Below are positions 1 through 8,728 of a stretch of 64,000 bases of DNA, one piece after another. The DNA is taken from the NCBI GenBank assembly GCA_947166445.1, contig CAMVED010000003.1, positions 589-64,588 of the forward strand, in the 5' to 3' direction. The position numbers and the translations under genes were made by a program. The notes under the pieces were generated by a model that saw nothing but the letters and a program-made list of their open reading frames with translations, searched no databases and was not told the origin of the DNA. Positions within the stretch are counted from its first letter, which is position 1, and every line of letters starts with the position of its first letter. Source of the stretch: an uncultured Mycoplasmatota bacterium. GTDB taxonomy: Bacteria > Bacillota_I > Bacilli_A > RF39 > UBA660.

Positions 1-233
1 TATTCTTCTTCATCTAGATAAATAAATGGATTTTTGTATCCCAAAATATATTTTTCCGCATCCTCAACAAGTATAACTCTACCTTGACTAATATCACTAA
101 TAGAGATATCGCATCCCAAACAAGGTTCTACTTCAAACATTTCTATCATCTGCTCATGAGTAAGACCATTAGTATTACTACCTTGTATATTGTAATACTT
201 AGACAAAAACTTTCCTATTTTCATTTTATTCAT
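1..233 (-). CDS. Partial CDS (first 77 codons, continues past window start); product not recognised; lies directly behind a T-box leader
   Basis: ATG is the complement of 231-233 and GGAGG the complement of 241-245. My own translation, MNKMKIGKFLSKYYNIQGSNTNGLTHEQMIEMFEVEPCLGCD..., stays open to base 1. It is absent from the ORF track because it is truncated. Confidence 0.5.
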   Translation of the reverse strand, partial: MNKMKIGKFLSKYYNIQGSNTNGLTHEQMIEMFEVEPCLGCDISISDISQGRVILVEDAEKYILGYKNPFIYLDEEE

Positions 234-253
234 TTATATTCCTCCATTTCCCC

Positions 254-460
254 TAAAAAAATAAAAACACCCCTTATACAAGGAGTGTTCATCACACGGT
301 ACCATCCTACCTTTAACTCTACATTTATAACGGAATTACCCGAAATCCATTTCTAGACAGGCTCAAAGGTAGTAACAAATAACTAACTTATTAGTTCACA
401 GCAACCACTAACTCTCTTAAAAGTATTATTATTTATCGTATCCTTATCTTCGCTTTCATA
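254..460 (-). promoter_or_regulatory. T-box leader (tRNA-sensing transcription attenuator); candidate specifier ACU (Thr)
   Basis: The minus-strand read shows an AGAGAG bay and the T-box sequence GGATGGTACCGTG (complement of 295-307). A terminator AACACTCCTTGTATAAGGGGTGTT (complement of 266-289) is followed by a T-run. ACU-A-CCUUUGAGC (codon is the complement of 371-373) aligns with the GGC-A-CUUCGAGC arrangement of the glyQS leader. Confidence 0.7.
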
Positions 461-481
461 TTTATTTTATGATTATTTTTA

Positions 482-967
482 TTAATTGTCAATATTAAAA
501 ACATTAAGTAATTTTTCTGATATAAATTGAACAATAACTTCTTTATTTTCAATTCTTGTTTGTTTATCAGTTTTTAATTCAAAATCATAATACTTATCAA
601 TATCTTTATCATAAATACTAATAAAGACTTCTCCTACAACGCCAAAAGGATTATTAGGATCTTGCTTGTTTATTTGTCCTGTAACACCTACTCCATAATT
701 TGAATTTGTAAAACTAGATATAGCCTTACTCATTTCTCTGGCAGTTTCTATACTATAAACAGTATACTTATCAATAATATTACTATCTACTCCCATTTTT
801 ATTTTATATTCATTTGAATAAGTTACTGCTCCGAAATGAAACACTTCGCTTGAATTTGGAATACAAGTAATTGAACTAGCAAATGCTCCTCCAGTACATG
901 ATTCCATACAAGATATAGTTTTATCGTTATCTAATAAAAAACTTACTATTCTTTCAAAATTATTCAT
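482..967 (-). CDS. CinA C-terminal-domain protein (PncC-type nicotinamide-nucleotide amidase family)
   Basis: ESCTGG motif (CMESCTGGAFASSI). About 160 aa, single domain. Start moved from 1030 to MNNFERIV (967). Confidence 0.75.
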   Translation of the reverse strand: MNNFERIVSFLLDNDKTISCMESCTGGAFASSITCIPNSSEVFHFGAVTYSNEYKIKMGVDSNIIDKYTVYSIETAREMSKAISSFTNSNYGVGVTGQINKQDPNNPFGVVGEVFISIYDKDIDKYYDFELKTDKQTRIENKEVIVQFISEKLLNVFNIDN

Positions 968-1061
968 TCTATCACAATCCTTTATTAAATTATAACATAG
1001 ATTACCTATAATAAAATAGTACTTTAACAAGAAAAAATCTCAAGTATATTGAGATTATTCT

Positions 1062-1544
1062 TTACACTAACTTTTCTACTTCACTTATAACATAGTTTTT
1101 AGTTTCCTCAAAAGACTTGTTTAAAATAACACCAAGTTCTGTATATAAAAACTTCTCTGCTAGTTTAAAATAAGTATCATCTTTCTCACTTATTTTTTTA
1201 TTACTATCAAGTCTGTTTTTATTTCTTAAATAAGTAGTCTTTATAATTCTAATTAAATCTTCATGTTTTTCTGTTTTTAATAAATTCTTATAAGATGATT
1301 CAAGCATCCTTTCATCAATATCTATTGTCTCAACATTTGGTATATTTTTAATTAATCTATTAACATCCTCTAAAGTAAGTAAATCTCTTAATAAATTACT
1401 ATTAATAGGAACATTTATTATTAAACTTAAATCAGATATAGGATTAAGCACATAATAATCTATATCATTATAATACTTTTCTTTTATCTCTTTTACTATA
1501 CATACATCTCTTTTATATACTACGTAGTCTCCAGTTTTATACAT
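1062..1544 (-). CDS. CarD/CdnL-family transcription factor-like protein
   Basis: The N-terminus YKTGDYVVYKRDVCIVKEI resembles the CarD_CdnL_TRCF RNAP-interacting domain. 160 aa. Confidence 0.6.
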   Translation of the reverse strand: MYKTGDYVVYKRDVCIVKEIKEKYYNDIDYYVLNPISDLSLIINVPINSNLLRDLLTLEDVNRLIKNIPNVETIDIDERMLESSYKNLLKTEKHEDLIRIIKTTYLRNKNRLDSNKKISEKDDTYFKLAEKFLYTELGVILNKSFEETKNYVISEVEKLV

Positions 1545-1616
1545 AAGAAAAACCTCCCAAAAATAAGTATCTCTTTATATATTATAACTTTTTTTGAAAG
1601 ATTTCGTAAGAAAAAA

Positions 1617-2333
1617 TTATTTTAAATTCTTAAAAACATACTCAATATCATCATCTATAACTAAGTCAGCGACATTATCATAACTAGTAGTCATCTTATT
1701 AATTATAACTAAATTTTTACCCCTGAAATAACTTATAAAACCAGAAGCAGGATAAACTGTTAAAGAAGTTCCTGCCACTATTAAAAGATCACAATTTGAT
1801 ATATATTTAATAGTATTATTTATAATCTCACTATCTAAAGGTTCTTCATAAAGAACTACTTCAGGTTTTATCAAACCTCCACAAGAACACTTAGGAATAG
1901 AATCACTATTAAAAACTATCTTTTCATCATAAAACTGATTACAATCCATACATCTATTTCTATATATACTACCATGTAGTTCTAAAACATTTTTACTACC
2001 AGCTTTTTGATGTAATCCATCTATATTTTGGGTAATAATAGCTTTAAGTTTACCTTTTTCTTCAAGTTTAGTTAAATACAAATGACATTCATTAGGTAAT
2101 TTATCTAAACAATTCATCTTATCCCGGTAAAACTTGTAAAATTCTTCTGTTTTACTAATAAAAAAGCTATGAGAAAGTATTTCTTCTGGAGGATAATCAT
2201 ATTTCATATTATAAAGTCCATCTTTACTTCTAAAATCTTTTATTCCACTTGCGGTACTAACTCCTGCTCCTCCAAAAAAAACTATTGTTTTTGAACCATC
2301 TATAAGTTCTTGTAATTTTTCTATTTTATCCAT
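1617..2333 (-). CDS. cobB: NAD-dependent protein deacylase, Sir2 family
   Basis: GAGVSTASGIKDFRS, TQNIDGLHQKAG, HG, and a CxxC...CxC zinc module (CMDC...CSCGG). Confidence 0.9.
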   Translation of the reverse strand: MDKIEKLQELIDGSKTIVFFGGAGVSTASGIKDFRSKDGLYNMKYDYPPEEILSHSFFISKTEEFYKFYRDKMNCLDKLPNECHLYLTKLEEKGKLKAIITQNIDGLHQKAGSKNVLELHGSIYRNRCMDCNQFYDEKIVFNSDSIPKCSCGGLIKPEVVLYEEPLDSEIINNTIKYISNCDLLIVAGTSLTVYPASGFISYFRGKNLVIINKMTTSYDNVADLVIDDDIEYVFKNLK

Positions 2334-2335
2334 AA

Positions 2336-2740
2336 CTACACTCCTAAATATTTAAGAGCATCTTCATATACATGAGTAGTATCTTGATATTTAAAATAAT
2401 CTTTTGCATTCTTGTAATTTACCCACTTTGCATCCATTAACTCTTTAGGATCAATAACCAAATTATCTGAAATAGCTTTTCCAATAAAAAATACTACATC
2501 TTTTGTAACTCCTGCCCTAGGACTATAAGTAATAACTTTTCTAAAATTATCATCAATCTCTACATCGATATTTGTTTCTTCTTTTATCTCTCTTATTGCA
2601 GTATCAATTTCTGTTTCTCCTTCTTCTACATGTCCTTTTGGAAATCCCCAATATCCATCTGTTTGCTTAATTATTAAAAGCTTTAACTCATTGTTTTCTT
2701 TTTTTATAACTACAGCTCCACATGATTTTTCACACTTCAT
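2336..2740 (-). CDS. NUDIX hydrolase
   Basis: Nudix box GHVEEGETEIDTAIREIKEETNI. A 2-nt gap to the Sir2 gene suggests an operon. Confidence 0.85.
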   Translation of the reverse strand: MKCEKSCGAVVIKKENNELKLLIIKQTDGYWGFPKGHVEEGETEIDTAIREIKEETNIDVEIDDNFRKVITYSPRAGVTKDVVFFIGKAISDNLVIDPKELMDAKWVNYKNAKDYFKYQDTTHVYEDALKYLGV

Positions 2741-2780
2741 AACATCACCACTTTCATTTTAACATAAAAAGAAAACAAAA

Positions 2781-3425
2781 TTAATTGTTTTCTATATTAT
2801 TATCAATATAAGACTCTAAATCTTCTTTCCAAGATGATCCTATCGAGTCTTCCTCATACATCATAGAACTAGCTCGTGCTACTGCTCCGAACATTTTAGA
2901 CATCCCTTTTTTATCCTTTACATAATTTGAAATATTACTAGTTTTAATACCTATACTACTTCCTTCACTATAAGAATCTATTCCTGCACCTATATAAATA
3001 AATTCCCAATTACTATGTCCCTTGATAAGTTCTTTTATTTGTTCTTTACTATACTCTCTTGATGCATTCTCATAGCCATCTGTTGTTATAACAAACATTA
3101 CTTTTTTAGCTTTTTTCAAGTCCATAGATTTAATTGTTTTTCCTATTGCATCTAAAAGTGCAGTACACCCTCTTACATAATATTCCTTACTAGTAAGTTT
3201 TTTAACATCATTTATATCCTTTCTATCGTGAAGAACTTCATACTGATCATCAAATAATATAGTAGTTACTTTTGCGTTTTTTCCATTTTGCTTTATTAAA
3301 TAGCTATTATACCCCCCAATTGTATCTGATTCTAATCCACCCATAGAACCACTTCTATCAAGTAAAAAAACTATGTCCATTTCTTTTTCATTTTTATTTT
3401 TGCTTTTTTCTTGCTCTTTTTTCAT
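2781..3425 (-). CDS. von Willebrand factor A (vWA) domain protein
   Basis: MIDAS motif DRSGSM in IVFLLDRSGSMGG, plus TTDGYEN. Confidence 0.8.
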   Translation of the reverse strand: MKKEQEKSKNKNEKEMDIVFLLDRSGSMGGLESDTIGGYNSYLIKQNGKNAKVTTILFDDQYEVLHDRKDINDVKKLTSKEYYVRGCTALLDAIGKTIKSMDLKKAKKVMFVITTDGYENASREYSKEQIKELIKGHSNWEFIYIGAGIDSYSEGSSIGIKTSNISNYVKDKKGMSKMFGAVARASSMMYEEDSIGSSWKEDLESYIDNNIENN

Positions 3426-3497
3426 AAAATATTTCTCCTTTCTGCTATAATAGTACTATAAATAAAACTTTTATTGGTCGCATGAAAGGAGACAATT

Positions 3498-3998
3498 ATG
3501 AATATAAAATTAAAAAAATATATAAAAGAAAACTTAAAAGAATATAATAGAGAAACAAAAGCAAAAAGAATCGCATTTGCTAGAATGGCTAATTCTTTTT
3601 ATGGAGATGAACAAGCATTAGAATCATCAATTAATAATTATATAAATATAAACAAAACCGAAAATAAATTTCAAACTCTTCTTTTTAAATATATTGACAA
3701 AAAAGGTTTAAAAGATAGTGATGTCTACAACAAAGTACATATTGATAGAAGATTGTTTTCTAAAATAAGAAGCGATGTTAATTATCACCCTAGCAAAGAA
3801 ACAGTTATACTACTTGGAATATCCCTTGAACTTAACGAGAATGAAATAGAAGAACTTCTTGAAAGTGCATCATACTCATTGCCCAAAAATAATTATTATG
3901 ATTTAATCATCAGATTTTGTTTTAAAGAAAAAATATATGATTTGAAAACTATAAATGATTTTTTAGATGAATACAAACAAAAAATGTTTAGTTATTAG
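3498..3998 (+). CDS. Hypothetical protein (possible small regulatory or HTH-like domain)
   Basis: RBS GGAGA lies upstream of the ATG. One of the few plus-strand genes. No catalytic motif recognised. Confidence 0.5.
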   Translation: MNIKLKKYIKENLKEYNRETKAKRIAFARMANSFYGDEQALESSINNYININKTENKFQTLLFKYIDKKGLKDSDVYNKVHIDRRLFSKIRSDVNYHPSKETVILLGISLELNENEIEELLESASYSLPKNNYYDLIIRFCFKEKIYDLKTINDFLDEYKQKMFSY

Positions 3999-4008
3999 CT
4001 AAACATTT

Positions 4009-5487
4009 TTATTTTACTACCTCAATAAGTTTTTCATATATTTTTACCATAGCATACGTATCAAGTTTACAATACTTTAACATATTGTTTCTTAACACAT
4101 TTTGTTCTTCTGTACTAAGTGTCGGTAATAACAAATAAGAATTACTTGCTTCATCTCCTTTATGCACTTGCTCTAGATTATGATAGTCTAAACTAGGATC
4201 TTTTGGATATAATGCTGGTAAAACAACTTTAATTGACCACCTACCAGCCATTTCCTTAGTGTAATAATCTTGATTGAAGAATGGTATCATTAAATCAATA
4301 ATGTTATCTCTGATATTTAATAAATGTTCTCTATACTCTGGGAATAATTCTGCCATTTCCTTTAATCGTGCTTTCTCAAAAGATTGATTATAAACAAGTA
4401 CGCAAGAATCCATTGGTATATCCTCACATAACCTTTTACATAGTCCGTACATAGGATTTCCATCATAGTCATCACTTAAAAACTCTTTATGATATAACTT
4501 ACCATTTTCTTCTAAATAATAATGAAGACTATATTGAAAACATATTTGCTGGTAAGGTTTGGTTCCATCAATTGTAGGAATTGGCACTTGATATGATTCG
4601 AAATCCAAAAAATACAAAGGATATGTAAAAGTATCTAATAACTTTTTTATATTATCTTTATTTATTTTAGGTTTAAGATCTTTAAGTTCATAATTCATTT
4701 GCACATCAGCTTTTGGATTAAGTCCACCAGCACTTAAAATATCCTCATAAGAAACCTTATTGTTATAATACATTTCTAATTTTTTATCTGTATGAGTATT
4801 CCAGCCTACATCAAATACATTAGGACTAGGTAAATGCCTAGTACAATACTTAAAAAATGGGCATTTATAAGGCTTAAAGCAATTTAATCCAATATCATCA
4901 TTGGGTTCTTTTGTTTGCTCCATATACTTATTTATATCATCAATATTTTTCTTAACTTCATCAAGTTTACTAATAGCTATATCAGTAATATCATTTTTTA
5001 TAAACAATTTATCTAACTCAAGATCTCCATTTTTTACATATTTATTATTTATTAAAACTACAAAACACTTTTTTACATTTAATCCTAAACTAGTAAGAAC
5101 ATAATATTGATATGATGCATCATTAATAAAAACATCTTTTAAATGAGTAGAACTTTTTACTTCGTATATTTCATAAGAATCTCCTTCTTTTTTCAAAATA
5201 TCTACACTACAGAAATTGTTCTTATAATTAAACGAAGCCTCTGTTACTATTACATTTTCTTTTTTTAAAGCTTCTTCTGTATCCTTTATCATTTCATTTA
5301 AATTTTCATTAAACGAAATATTTATATCTTCTCCGAGAAGCTTTCTAGCTACTTCATGTACAGCATTACCATTTTCAAGTACAGAATCATTATCAAGTTC
5401 TCCTTGTTCTTCAGGTTTATATTTATAAAGCCATAACATTTTTTTACATTGTATTCCATTACAATACTTTGATTTTGATAAATTCAT
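4009..5487 (-). CDS. DUF2779-type protein (RecB-like nuclease fold family)
   Basis: The N-terminus LSKSKYCNGIQCKKMLWLYKY is typical of DUF2779. Start moved to M12, which has an AAGGAAGG RBS. Confidence 0.65.
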   Translation of the reverse strand: MNLSKSKYCNGIQCKKMLWLYKYKPEEQGELDNDSVLENGNAVHEVARKLLGEDINISFNENLNEMIKDTEEALKKENVIVTEASFNYKNNFCSVDILKKEGDSYEIYEVKSSTHLKDVFINDASYQYYVLTSLGLNVKKCFVVLINNKYVKNGDLELDKLFIKNDITDIAISKLDEVKKNIDDINKYMEQTKEPNDDIGLNCFKPYKCPFFKYCTRHLPSPNVFDVGWNTHTDKKLEMYYNNKVSYEDILSAGGLNPKADVQMNYELKDLKPKINKDNIKKLLDTFTYPLYFLDFESYQVPIPTIDGTKPYQQICFQYSLHYYLEENGKLYHKEFLSDDYDGNPMYGLCKRLCEDIPMDSCVLVYNQSFEKARLKEMAELFPEYREHLLNIRDNIIDLMIPFFNQDYYTKEMAGRWSIKVVLPALYPKDPSLDYHNLEQVHKGDEASNSYLLLPTLSTEEQNVLRNNMLKYCKLDTYAMVKIYEKLIEVVK

Positions 5488-5540
5488 ATTACTACCTTCC
5501 TTAAGTTTATTATAGCACAAAAAAAGACACTAAGTGCCTT

Positions 5541-5888
5541 TTATTCATCTTCTGTTTCTTCTGTATCTTCAGATTCATCAGAATTGTCTACATTACTATC
5601 TTCATTATCACTATTATCACTATTATCACTGTTATTACTATTATCTTTGCTTTGTAATTTTATTAATGTTTCTTGAATTTTAGTAGTATCAACATTATCT
5701 ATGTTATACCAACCATATTCTGTCATTTTATCATAAGTATCAGCTTGCATAGACATAGTGTTATCTAAACACTCTTTTAGATGTTCTCTTACATCACTAT
5801 TAGAGCTTTCAAGAGTACCATGCACATATACTTCTACAGTGCTTTTTAAAAGTAATAAATAGTTATCCATTAATACTTGATCAGTCAT
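5541..5888 (-). CDS. Coat F domain (spore coat protein F-like) protein with acidic NSD-repeat tail
   Basis: LLLKSTVEVYVHGTLESSNSDVREHLKECL...MQADTYDKMTEYGWY resembles the Coat_F domain. The C-terminus carries (NSD)n plus a D/E-rich tail. Confidence 0.7.
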   Translation of the reverse strand: MTDQVLMDNYLLLLKSTVEVYVHGTLESSNSDVREHLKECLDNTMSMQADTYDKMTEYGWYNIDNVDTTKIQETLIKLQSKDNSNNSDNSDNSDNEDSNVDNSDESEDTEETEDE

Positions 5889-6072
5889 TTACTTTTTCCT
5901 CCAATAAATTCATTAATCCTTCCTTCATAGAAGTGTGATTTTGTAATTCTTCTTCTATAAAAGAGACCAATTCTTCATCTTGTAATTTTTCTTTAGTGTC
6001 TTCTAAAACTGATATAAGTGTAGATTCATGCCCAATTGCATCTTCTACATAACATAATTCTTTTTGTGTCAT
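5881..6072 (-). CDS. Small hypothetical protein, overlaps the CotF-like gene start
   Basis: Start moved to MTQKELCY, which has a GGAGGA RBS. An 8-nt overlap with the downstream gene suggests coupling. Confidence 0.5.
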   Translation of the reverse strand: MTQKELCYVEDAIGHESTLISVLEDTKEKLQDEELVSFIEEELQNHTSMKEGLMNLLEEKVND

Positions 6073-6138
6073 ATTTTCCTCCTTCTCTATTAATGTAACC
6101 AAAATTAAAAAATATAAACACAAAAAAACCATTTATAT

Positions 6139-7737
6139 TTAAATGGTTCTAATTCTATGTTTTTTAGGTTTTTCTAATAAATCCTCAGTCAACATAACAG
6201 TATCTTCTTTATCAAATTCCTCCATAATTAACTCAAGTAACATTTCATTTTGAATTTCTGACATAAGCGTTTGCAAACCTCTTGCACCAGTATTCATATT
6301 ATAAGCTTCTTCAACTATTTTTTCGATGAACTCATCAGTACATACTACCTTTTTATATCCAAACATTTCAGCAGTTTTTATAAAGTTCTTTAAAGGACTT
6401 ATCTGAGAATTTAATAATATTTTCTTTAAATCTTCTTTAGAATATGATTTCGTACTAGTTATAACTTTAATTCTACCAAAGAATTCACGTAACAATCCAT
6501 AATCTATATAATCTTGTACAGTAACTTCATAACTATTACTTTTCTTTTTTAAGGCATCGTCATCAGAAAAACCAATTGTTCTTTTATTTAATTCTTTTGT
6601 TTTCTTTTCTTTTAAACCAGTAAAAGCTCCACTTAATATAAATGTTAAAAAGCTTGTATCAAATGGTACTACTATACCAAGATTTTCAATCTTCACATCG
6701 TATATTCCGCCACTTATAAATGATAGCAATTCTTCTTGAACACCTTTTTTCATATCTTTTGAGCCATAATTATAATTACTTGCTATTTTATCTATTTCAT
6801 CAAGAACAACAATACCGCGTTCTGCAAGTTCTAAATCTCCATCAGTTTGAACAAATAAATTTGCAAGTATATCAGTTATAGAAGGACCAATATAACCAGT
6901 TTCTGAAAAAGAATTAGCATTTACTATTTCCATTGGAATACTTAATTTATCAGAAATTTCCTTTAATATTGCAGTCTTACCAGTACCAGTAGAACCATCA
7001 AGTAATACCGAAACTTTTCTTCCATCCATTTCAGCCATATCAAATTCTTGTCTTTCAATCATGCTATCTATTAAAGCTTGATTATAATAAATATTAGTAA
7101 CTAATGTTTTAATAGCTTCTTCTTGTCCGATTATTTTACTACTTATTTCAGAAATAACATCTTTTACACTAATTGATTCTTCTAAAATTTCATCTTCAGA
7201 ATTATTATCTTCATCTGATTTAGCTTCTTCAGTATCTTCCTCTGTAATCCTTTCAACTTCTACTTTTTCTTCCTCTATATTTCCAAATAGCATTTGACAT
7301 ATATCCATAGCACCATAAGTAACAGTGCTTTCTCCATTTTTTACAGATATAACACTACCATTTGAATTTAATATACTAGCTCTTTCTTTAAGTTTTATTT
7401 TAGATAGTTTTTTAGCAATATATACATAAGCATTAATTTGATCAATTTTCTTTTCTTCTTCTACTTTTTTTATAAAATCATTATTAAATACATAAATACT
7501 ATATGAAGATGAATCATCTAAAACTTCCATTTCATTAAAATTACCATAGATAAAATCCCCTTCTCCAGTAATTCTATTGAATGCTTTTTGATTAGAGTTT
7601 TCAAATTCTCCGTTTAACACAGTAAAATTACCATTATCTTTACTATAATCTAGTAATGCTACTGTTTCAAAATTAAAATTAGTATTATCACCAGAATTTT
7701 TAAAAATAACGGCCAATCTTTCTTCATGATTTTCCAT
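6139..7737 (-). CDS. ClpX-family AAA+ unfoldase paralog with non-canonical N-terminal region
   Basis: Walker A GSTGTGKT, Walker B VVLDEIDK, a GYIG pore-loop-like motif and a TIGF (IGF-loop-like) motif. The roughly 190-aa N-terminal part has no Cys4 zinc finger. Confidence 0.75.
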   Translation of the reverse strand: MENHEERLAVIFKNSGDNTNFNFETVALLDYSKDNGNFTVLNGEFENSNQKAFNRITGEGDFIYGNFNEMEVLDDSSSYSIYVFNNDFIKKVEEEKKIDQINAYVYIAKKLSKIKLKERASILNSNGSVISVKNGESTVTYGAMDICQMLFGNIEEEKVEVERITEEDTEEAKSDEDNNSEDEILEESISVKDVISEISSKIIGQEEAIKTLVTNIYYNQALIDSMIERQEFDMAEMDGRKVSVLLDGSTGTGKTAILKEISDKLSIPMEIVNANSFSETGYIGPSITDILANLFVQTDGDLELAERGIVVLDEIDKIASNYNYGSKDMKKGVQEELLSFISGGIYDVKIENLGIVVPFDTSFLTFILSGAFTGLKEKKTKELNKRTIGFSDDDALKKKSNSYEVTVQDYIDYGLLREFFGRIKVITSTKSYSKEDLKKILLNSQISPLKNFIKTAEMFGYKKVVCTDEFIEKIVEEAYNMNTGARGLQTLMSEIQNEMLLELIMEEFDKEDTVMLTEDLLEKPKKHRIRTI

Positions 7738-7761
7738 TCAAACACCCCACTTAATTTAGCT

Positions 7762-7790
7762 ATTTTATTGCGTTATTGCAATTTAGTCAA
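7762..7790 (-). promoter_or_regulatory. Candidate sigma-A promoter of the ClpX-like gene
   Basis: Minus strand reads TTGACT (complement of 7785-7790), 17 nt, then TAAAAT (complement of 7762-7767). Confidence 0.45.
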
Positions 7791-7826
7791 GAGTTATATT
7801 GCGTTTTAATTCTTTTGTATTGCGTT
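7766..7826. repeat. Three exact copies of TATTGCGTT (7766, 7797, 7818) plus a TATTGCAAT variant (7774); candidate operator array
   Basis: Direct reading. A CG-containing 9-mer occurs three times within 61 bp of AT-rich intergenic DNA and overlaps the candidate promoter. Confidence 0.5.
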
Positions 7827-7828
7827 TT

Positions 7829-8656
7829 TTATTTTTTATCATAATCATTCAAAAATGACTCATACATACCATCTTTTTTTGTGCCTAAAACACAGTTTAA
7901 ATTAATATTATCATATGCTTTAAAAATGTGTTCGTCTATTTTACTATCAACTTTTTTTAAGTCTTTAATTAAGTTTTTTATCTCTTCACGCTTACTTTCT
8001 ACTTTACTTAAATTATATTCTTCAGTAAACTTGCAAGCACAATTTAGAAATGAAAGATTATTATATTTAGACCATGATATTATATTCTCTTCCTTTATTA
8101 AATACAAAGGTCTTATAAGTTCTAGCCCTGGAAAATTATCACTATGAAGTTTTGGCATCATTGTCTTTATTTCAGAACCATATAAAAGTGATAAAAGACT
8201 AGTTTCTATAACATCATCAAAGTGATGTCCAAGAGCTATTTTATTACAACCAAGTTCTTGTGCTTTACTATATAAATAACCTCTTCTCATTCTAGCACAT
8301 AAATAACAAGGACTTTTCCCTCCAACTCTATCTACTACTTCAAAAATATCACTTTCAAATATTTCAATTGGAATATTTAAAAGAGATGCATTTTCTTTTA
8401 TTTTATTTAAATTTTTATCAGTATATCCAGGATTCATAACTACGTAATGAGCTGTAAAAGGTATTTTACTATGTCTTTCAAGTTCTTGAATACACTTAGC
8501 AAGTAAAAATGAGTCTTTTCCACCACTCATACAAACCATAATATTATCGTTTTCTTCAATTAAAAAAAACTCTTTTATTGCTTTTACAAACTTACTCCAA
8601 ATCTCTTTACGAAATCTTTTTATAATACTTCTTTCAATTTCTTTATACTTTTCCAT
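7829..8656 (-). CDS. ttcA: tRNA 2-thiocytidine biosynthesis TtcA-family PP-loop ATPase
   Basis: PP-loop SGGKDS and CxxC motifs (CYLCARMRRG; NCACKF). Confidence 0.85.
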   Translation of the reverse strand: MEKYKEIERSIIKRFRKEIWSKFVKAIKEFFLIEENDNIMVCMSGGKDSFLLAKCIQELERHSKIPFTAHYVVMNPGYTDKNLNKIKENASLLNIPIEIFESDIFEVVDRVGGKSPCYLCARMRRGYLYSKAQELGCNKIALGHHFDDVIETSLLSLLYGSEIKTMMPKLHSDNFPGLELIRPLYLIKEENIISWSKYNNLSFLNCACKFTEEYNLSKVESKREEIKNLIKDLKKVDSKIDEHIFKAYDNINLNCVLGTKKDGMYESFLNDYDKK

Positions 8657-8693
8657 ATATACTCCTTTTTGACAAGTAAATAAATTATATCAC

Positions 8694-8716
8694 AAAAAAA
8701 GCAGATTTTCATCTGC
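8694..8716 (-). terminator. Rho-independent terminator after the DUF898-like gene
   Basis: Hairpin GCAGAT-GAAA-ATCTGC followed by T7 on the minus strand. Confidence 0.7.
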
Positions 8717-8728
8717 TATATAATAATC

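Noticed and set aside
84-356. 90-aa plus-strand ORF from the track
   Set aside because: It overlaps the RBS-supported minus-strand gene (1-233) and runs through the T-box terminator and antiterminator. The sequence is low-complexity with no RBS.
5541-5660. NSDNSDNSD / acidic repeat at the CotF-like C-terminus as a special repeat element
   Set aside because: It is an in-frame low-complexity tail of an otherwise ordinary Coat_F-domain protein. There is no sign of phase-variable length or independent function.
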